NCBI GenBank assembly: GCA_048939765.1
Contig: JBHLPF010000008.1
Location: 2,712 to 66,711, forward strand
DNA: 64,000 nt
From: Promethearchaeota archaeon
Lineage (GTDB): Archaea > Asgardarchaeota > Thorarchaeia > Thorarchaeales > Thorarchaeaceae
Direction: 5' to 3'
Shown in pieces: positions 58,912-64,000 of this stretch (position 1 is its first letter; each line of letters begins with the position of its first letter). The position numbers were made by a program, and so were the translations under genes. The notes below the pieces were generated by a model. The model was not told the origin of the DNA. It did not search any database and was given only the letters and a program-made list of their open reading frames with translations.

Positions 58912-59553
58912 CTATTCTTGCGCTGGGCGCAGGTGAACATATGTGTTTAGCGAGAGTAGACCAACAAAAAGAAGGGAGCCAAATACTGTGAACCACTCAA
59001 CCAGCGGCCCTCCGAATGCAAATTGAAGCCCCAGTGTCAGGAAGTCAATTGCGAAACCGTAGACTCCAACTAGCTTCCAGAAATCTGAATTCAGCACCAG
59101 CGCGAGATTAACAATAATCAGCACAAAGAAGTTGAGGAGGAAGAATGTCGAAGAAGCTATCATGTGGGGACTGCCTTGATCCTCTGAGAAAACGCCTATC
59201 ATTATGAGTGCCACAGCCGAGGTTAGCCCGATAATCTGACCCACCATAAGGGGAATCTTCTGATATAGGCGATTAGTGTACCATTGATAGAATCCTATGT
59301 AGAATGGAAAAAGAGCAACGCCTGTCAGAATGCATCCAATATTGTAGAAGTAAGCACCAAATGGACTGTAGTTGAAGTTTCCAAGTCGACTGAGATAATG
59401 TGTTGATGGACCATAGCTCTCAGGATAAAGAGCCCACGAAACAAGGGTGAATGCAATATACAAAGCGATTACGAAAGCGCCGCCAATCGTTAGTAGGGAC
59501 CACCGAGATGAGAAACGCTTCATCAGAAAAGCCTCTAGATTTGCTATGCTCAT
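58912..59553 (-). CDS. DUF998-like membrane protein
   Basis: YP..Y..HYLSRLG, FYN.G, IGVFSE..H, LVEW. Confidence 0.72.
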   Translation of the reverse strand: MSIANLEAFLMKRFSSRWSLLTIGGAFVIALYIAFTLVSWALYPESYGPSTHYLSRLGNFNYSPFGAYFYNIGCILTGVALFPFYIGFYQWYTNRLYQKIPLMVGQIIGLTSAVALIMIGVFSEDQGSPHMIASSTFFLLNFFVLIIVNLALVLNSDFWKLVGVYGFAIDFLTLGLQFAFGGPLVEWFTVFGSLLFVGLLSLNTYVHLRPAQE

Positions 59554-59700
59554 CCCCCTGTTAAGACTTCGGCAGGGGAGATGACAATGACCACTAGGGC
59601 CATCGCTCTTCAAGCGCGACTACTGTCTTTCCCCATTTTCGTCGAGAAGGTCGCAGCCTATGCAGTTAGCTATATCAGGAATGACATATGTTGTCCTTGT

Positions 59701-60843
59701 ATGGCTTCATCCAATCTAAGAATACGAGCCCTAGATGTCGGCAGCTTCCCTCTAGATGCTGATATGGATCGATATGTTAGGGGTGCAAGGATGATTGAGT
59801 ATGATTCAAAGGCTGAGGCCGAAGATGTATCCTATTTCATTGCCAATCACAATGAAGCGTTTCGATTGAAGGCAGAGGCAATGGGACCTGGTGCATCGGT
59901 CACTGGCTTTGCCCAATGCAGAGGGATGATTGCCCAGTATCTTGAGCCACTTTTCATGGAAGTAACTGGCGAATCGAACTTAGAATCAGAGAAGATTCTC
60001 TCCAAGTCCAATGCCCAACTAGTCGCGTCTCAGATTGCAACAGGTCAGCTTTCTTTGGACACTATACCAAATAGAGTTGCTGAAGTAGTTGCACTTGAGA
60101 GAGGGGCAGAGGAGCTCAGTCAGGCACTTGGAGAAGACACTATATCGTATAAGGCATCAATCACAGGTCCATTGGAGCTCACTCTGAACTTGCAGAGACT
60201 TGCGGGCTTCCCTCGCGGCTATGATGAGAAGCTAATGGATTTCTTCTCAGACTTGGTAGCGAAATATGTGAAAGGCGCACTTGTCTCGACGCCGCAATTG
60301 AATCTTGAAGTCATCACGCTGGATGATCCCTCCTTTGGCTTAGAAGGTCTTGGAGATTTCTTTACAGATACCCAAAACGATGAATCGCTCAACCATATGA
60401 TCTCATGCTGGGACAGAATCTATGCAAATGTACCACCGGGTGTCTATAGAGGACTTCATCTTCACGCTTCTCCATTTGAGCATTCATTTGCCGCTGGGTG
60501 GAATCTTCTTGAGGCACATGTTACTGTCTACGTCGATCCTGAGTGGCTTGAAGACAACGACAAATACATTCGCGCCGCAGTTATGAGAACTGATGGCCCG
60601 TCATTCGATGCTGGCATTGATTTGAAGGCCGCGTGGGATGAGATAAAGAAGGGCAACTTTGATAGATTTCTTCAAGGCCCCAGCGAAATGCAACGTTACT
60701 TGAAAACCAATCTGGAGATGTATGGACCTGAGAGGGTGCCCTTTGCAGGTCCGGAATGTGGTCTAGGTTCATGGGACTGGCAACACGGTGCTGAAATGGC
60801 GCTATCTAGTCTCAGGACATTAAGGAACATCCTTAGCGCATAG
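59701..60843 (+). CDS. Cobalamin-independent methionine synthase catalytic-barrel-like protein (divergent)
   Basis: DVGSFP, KASITGPLEL, ITLDDPS, GLHLH, FAGPECGLG. Confidence 0.65.
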   Translation: MASSNLRIRALDVGSFPLDADMDRYVRGARMIEYDSKAEAEDVSYFIANHNEAFRLKAEAMGPGASVTGFAQCRGMIAQYLEPLFMEVTGESNLESEKILSKSNAQLVASQIATGQLSLDTIPNRVAEVVALERGAEELSQALGEDTISYKASITGPLELTLNLQRLAGFPRGYDEKLMDFFSDLVAKYVKGALVSTPQLNLEVITLDDPSFGLEGLGDFFTDTQNDESLNHMISCWDRIYANVPPGVYRGLHLHASPFEHSFAAGWNLLEAHVTVYVDPEWLEDNDKYIRAAVMRTDGPSFDAGIDLKAAWDEIKKGNFDRFLQGPSEMQRYLKTNLEMYGPERVPFAGPECGLGSWDWQHGAEMALSSLRTLRNILSA

Positions 60844-60854
60844 CTTTAGCAAAC

Positions 60855-62318
60855 TCACTCCTCGATATTTGCAAGTCGCTTTGCAAGTTTCTTCTTCTCT
60901 TCAATATCACTTATTCGACTGATCATAATCCTCTGTGCCTGTGGCGACCCCGCCCCATGCATGGATTCGGTCAAATATCCTACCGCAGCTCTGCCTAGTG
61001 TGAGATTCTCAATCAATCGCAGCATCTTGATTCTGTCCTCAGTACTGACATTCTCTGCCCCACCAAGATATTTCTCAATTATCTCGCGTGTCTCAGGATT
61101 ACGCATCTCCTTGGCACTGGGGCATGTAACAAAGAGACCTCCCGCAATATCCTGCAACAGCCTCGATATCTCATATGGGAATCTCGTGACGTTTTGCTTG
61201 CACACATTCGCCAAGAGAATGTCAACTAGATAGTTACCAGCTGGAGTCTGCTCTCCTGCCGCTGAACAGGCAATGCCACAGGAGAAGAGGGTCTCATTGA
61301 GATGGATCATCTCTGTTATCTTGTCACGGATGTGAGAGGCTTTCGGTACACCGTTGTATTCTGCAATACTAGCAGCAGCTCCAATGAGAACGTCACCAAC
61401 ACCAACCTTGCACCCACCATAGCTCTGACGATGATACGCTGCAAAAGACTCGACAAGCCTGCTGCAGAACTCACTTTCACCATTCATGAAGATGCGCTCA
61501 TTGGGCACAAAGACATCATCAAAAACAATCAGGCACTCCTGACCACCATATACTGGATTTCCACAATCGATGTCACCGGCATCGGTTTCATCTAGTCTTC
61601 GTAAGTCGCAGGATTGTCGACCGTAGTAGTAGGTTATTCCATCAGCATCCGCAGGAATAGCACAGCAAATGGCATAGTCCTTGTCTTCGTTCCTCATTGC
61701 CAATGTGGGCATAATGAGATGCTCGTGCGAGTTCAGAGCCCCTGTCTGATGAGCCTTTGCTCCACGTATCACTACACCATCCTCTCGCCGTTCAACGACG
61801 TGAACATAGACATCGGGATTCTTTTGTTCAGAGGGCCGCTTGCTTCTATCACCCTTTGGATCTGTCATACAACCATCGATAACGAGATCCTGCGCTTCAG
61901 CATTCTTCACATAATCTATGAATCTCTGATGATAATCAGTCCCCAGCTTCTCATCAATCTCATAGGTTGTTAGGTACACAGCGTTCATTGCATCCATGCC
62001 AACACAGCGTTGAAAGCAGGTCCCTGATCTTTGACCAAGCACACGCAGCATCTTAACTTTATTCTGCAAATCTTCCTTGCTCTTATGCAAATGACAGAAT
62101 CGATTGATTGTCTCCCCGGTCAAGACAGATTTGGTCGTCATCAAGCCTTTATTCTCTTCGTCATGAGCCAAGTCATAGGTGAGAGCAACAGAATTCATTG
62201 AAGCCTTGATAATTGGGTGTTCGTTTGGATCATCGATTCGTTCTCCAAGATAATACACCTTGAGTGGTTTCCGCTTCTTGAGGCTGGCTCTATACTCATC
62301 GCCGGTCATCAATACCAT
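60855..62318 (-). CDS. abfD: 4-hydroxybutyryl-CoA dehydratase / vinylacetyl-CoA isomerase
   Basis: CFQRCVGMDA, MTDPKGDRS, GAKAHQTG, YHRQSYGGCKVGVGD, TESMHGAGSPQAQR; the Fe-S ligands Cys/Cys/His/Cys are present. Confidence 0.9.
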   Translation of the reverse strand: MVLMTGDEYRASLKKRKPLKVYYLGERIDDPNEHPIIKASMNSVALTYDLAHDEENKGLMTTKSVLTGETINRFCHLHKSKEDLQNKVKMLRVLGQRSGTCFQRCVGMDAMNAVYLTTYEIDEKLGTDYHQRFIDYVKNAEAQDLVIDGCMTDPKGDRSKRPSEQKNPDVYVHVVERREDGVVIRGAKAHQTGALNSHEHLIMPTLAMRNEDKDYAICCAIPADADGITYYYGRQSCDLRRLDETDAGDIDCGNPVYGGQECLIVFDDVFVPNERIFMNGESEFCSRLVESFAAYHRQSYGGCKVGVGDVLIGAAASIAEYNGVPKASHIRDKITEMIHLNETLFSCGIACSAAGEQTPAGNYLVDILLANVCKQNVTRFPYEISRLLQDIAGGLFVTCPSAKEMRNPETREIIEKYLGGAENVSTEDRIKMLRLIENLTLGRAAVGYLTESMHGAGSPQAQRIMISRISDIEEKKKLAKRLANIEE

Positions 62319-62467
62319 GACTCATCTCTCCTGAGTAACTAGCTAGGCTGTATAATTTCTCGAACTTAAGAGGTCTGGTATTGAGGGTGAGAACGATCTA
62401 ACTCGCCTAGATTCTGCATGCTTCGTGAGAAAGATAAGCGATATTCCAGATATAACCGCGACTGCAT

Positions 62468-63292
62468 ATGACACTCAGCATAGACTCCACATTGGAACTG
62501 AATAACGGAGTGAAGATACCAATATTCGGTCTTGGAACATATCACTCCACAGGCGCTGGGATAATTGACATTATTGCCGGGGCCCTACAACTTGGCTATC
62601 GTCACATAGATACTGCAGCCTTCTACGGGAACGAGAGGGAGATTGGAGAGGCTGTTCGCAAGAGCGGAATAGACCGCGGAGAGATTTTCATTACGACAAA
62701 GCTCTGGAATGATGATCATGGATACGATAATGCATTAGCAGCTTTTAATGCCAGTCTTGACAAATTGGGCCTAGACTATGTGGACCTCTACCTCATACAT
62801 TTTCCTGTGTATGGAAAGCGTCAAGAGTCTTGGAGAGCACTGGAGCAGATTTTTGGAGATGGCAGAGCTAGGGCTATTGGTGTTAGCAACTACATGGAGT
62901 GGCACCTCAAAGAGCTCTTGGAAAACAGTGAATCTGTTCCTTCTGTAGACCAGGTGGAGTTTCATCCATTTCTCTACCAGAGGAATCTTCTCGACTTCTG
63001 TAATTCAAAAGATATTCGCTTAGAGGCGTATAGTCCATTGACAAAGGGACGACGCCTTCATGATCAGACGCTTGGTGAATTGGCGAGGGAATACGATAGA
63101 ACTCCCGCTCAGATTCTAATTCGATGGTCACTGCAGCACGATTTGATAGTCATTCCTAAGTCAACAAATCCTGTTAGGATAAGAGAGAATGCCGATGTCT
63201 TTGATTTCTCGATTTCACGGGAAGACATGGAGCGGCTTAACGCTCTTGATGAAGGCTTCAGGTCCAGTTGGGATCCTAGCAGAGTTCCTTAA
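62468..63292 (+). CDS. Aldo/keto reductase
   Basis: GYRHIDTAAFYGNE, ITTKLWN, DLYLIHFP, IGVSNY, AYSPL, IPKS. Confidence 0.95.
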   Translation: MTLSIDSTLELNNGVKIPIFGLGTYHSTGAGIIDIIAGALQLGYRHIDTAAFYGNEREIGEAVRKSGIDRGEIFITTKLWNDDHGYDNALAAFNASLDKLGLDYVDLYLIHFPVYGKRQESWRALEQIFGDGRARAIGVSNYMEWHLKELLENSESVPSVDQVEFHPFLYQRNLLDFCNSKDIRLEAYSPLTKGRRLHDQTLGELAREYDRTPAQILIRWSLQHDLIVIPKSTNPVRIRENADVFDFSISREDMERLNALDEGFRSSWDPSRVP

Positions 63293-63351
63293 TCCTATTG
63301 AGGAATGGCCGAGCGTTATGCTTCCAGTGAGTTTTCGCCCAATAGCTCGCT

Positions 63352-63395
63352 AAAAAGGAAGAATTGATGGGCAACTCCTGAGGAGTTCCCATCAA
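63352..63395 (-). terminator. Hairpin plus pyrimidine/T tract after SSB paralogue 2
   Basis: TTGATGGG-C-AACTCCT-G-AGGAGTT-CCCATCAA (63364-63395), followed on the minus strand by TTCTTCCTTTTT. Confidence 0.65.
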
Positions 63396-63421
63396 GATAA
63401 TTATTGATGCGTTTCTAGGAA

Positions 63422-63952
63422 TTAGTATCGACGACGCCTGTCGCGACCGCCATAGCCGCCGCTGTCACGCCTATCTCTTCCGCCTCCATAGCCACCTCGT
63501 CGGTCGCCGCCATAGCCACCGCCACCGTAGCCGCCGCCGCCACCTCTTCCGCCGCCGTAATCTCTACGACGTCGAAAGTCTTCATGCTCTTCAGCAGACA
63601 TATCGTTCTCCATATTGACTTCTTCGATAGCTTCCTCTGCGTCAGAAAGCTCTCCATATTTGCCAATGTTCAATCTTAGATTTCCTTTGAACAAGCCCGT
63701 ATATCCATTCTTCAAGAGGTAGGTCTTATCAGCCTCGAGGGCATCGATAGTGTCGTCCCATAGAGGAACCGCTACTGTACCGGTGCTGTCTCCAACAATC
63801 GCATCTAAGACGCGGTGTGTGGTCATATCACGGCGGGATGAAACCTCGCGCTCTTCCCCTTTCTCCAAAACTTTGAAGGAGATGGTTATGTTCTTCATTC
63901 TTGGCCGAAGTTCGGCGATAGTAGCCTCGATCGGCTCTCTTTCGTAACTCAT
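63422..63952 (-). CDS. Single-OB-fold ssDNA/RNA-binding protein with RGG/YGG tail, paralogue 2
   Basis: Highly similar to 49189-49695; tail DYGGGRGGGGGYGGGGYGGDRRGG..RDRRRRY. Confidence 0.88.
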   Translation of the reverse strand: MSYEREPIEATIAELRPRMKNITISFKVLEKGEEREVSSRRDMTTHRVLDAIVGDSTGTVAVPLWDDTIDALEADKTYLLKNGYTGLFKGNLRLNIGKYGELSDAEEAIEEVNMENDMSAEEHEDFRRRRDYGGGRGGGGGYGGGGYGGDRRGGYGGGRDRRDSGGYGGRDRRRRY

Positions 63953-64000
63953 GGTGAATACTCTCGTATCTATTGCAGGACGTTCAAAACAAGCGTGTTC

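Noticed and set aside
1-64000. rRNA, tRNA, CRISPR arrays, transposases, integrases, known defence systems
   Set aside because: None recognised by eye; tRNAscan-SE and Infernal runs would be needed to exclude intron-containing or divergent RNAs.

Overview
Gene-dense archaeal chromosome segment with about 60 CDSs. It most likely comes from an Asgard archaeon of Thorarchaeia type; this is inferred from a single-domain gelsolin, HEAT/LRR/B-box proteins, tandem Lrp/AsnC, cofE, geranylgeranyl reductase, EMC3/TMCO1 and AOR. No rRNA, tRNA, CRISPR array or transposase was recognised. The content is mostly metabolism and housekeeping (amidohydrolases, adenine deaminase, D-cysteine desulfhydrase, ArsR-P1B ATPase, DinB-SfsA, EutA, AOR cluster, AbfD, two OB-fold SSB paralogues). 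Most notable unexplained signals: (1) a divergent locus with an unannotated 56-aa Cys-rich tail-anchored microprotein and two membrane proteins with mirror-image Zn-ribbon/B-box architecture; (2) two GAAC-N7-GAAC direct repeats directly upstream of dinB; (3) a VWA protein whose N-terminus looks like a copy of its MoxR partner's AAA+ lid; (4) a PAS histidine kinase with a C-terminal CxxC thioredoxin-like domain; (5) apparent CTG start codons, forced for the AOR gene; (6) RGG/RD-tailed SSB paralogues sharing a leader motif; (7) a ~1.1 kb non-coding region enriched in GTACACG and inverted repeats. All family calls come from motif recognition by eye, not database searches.
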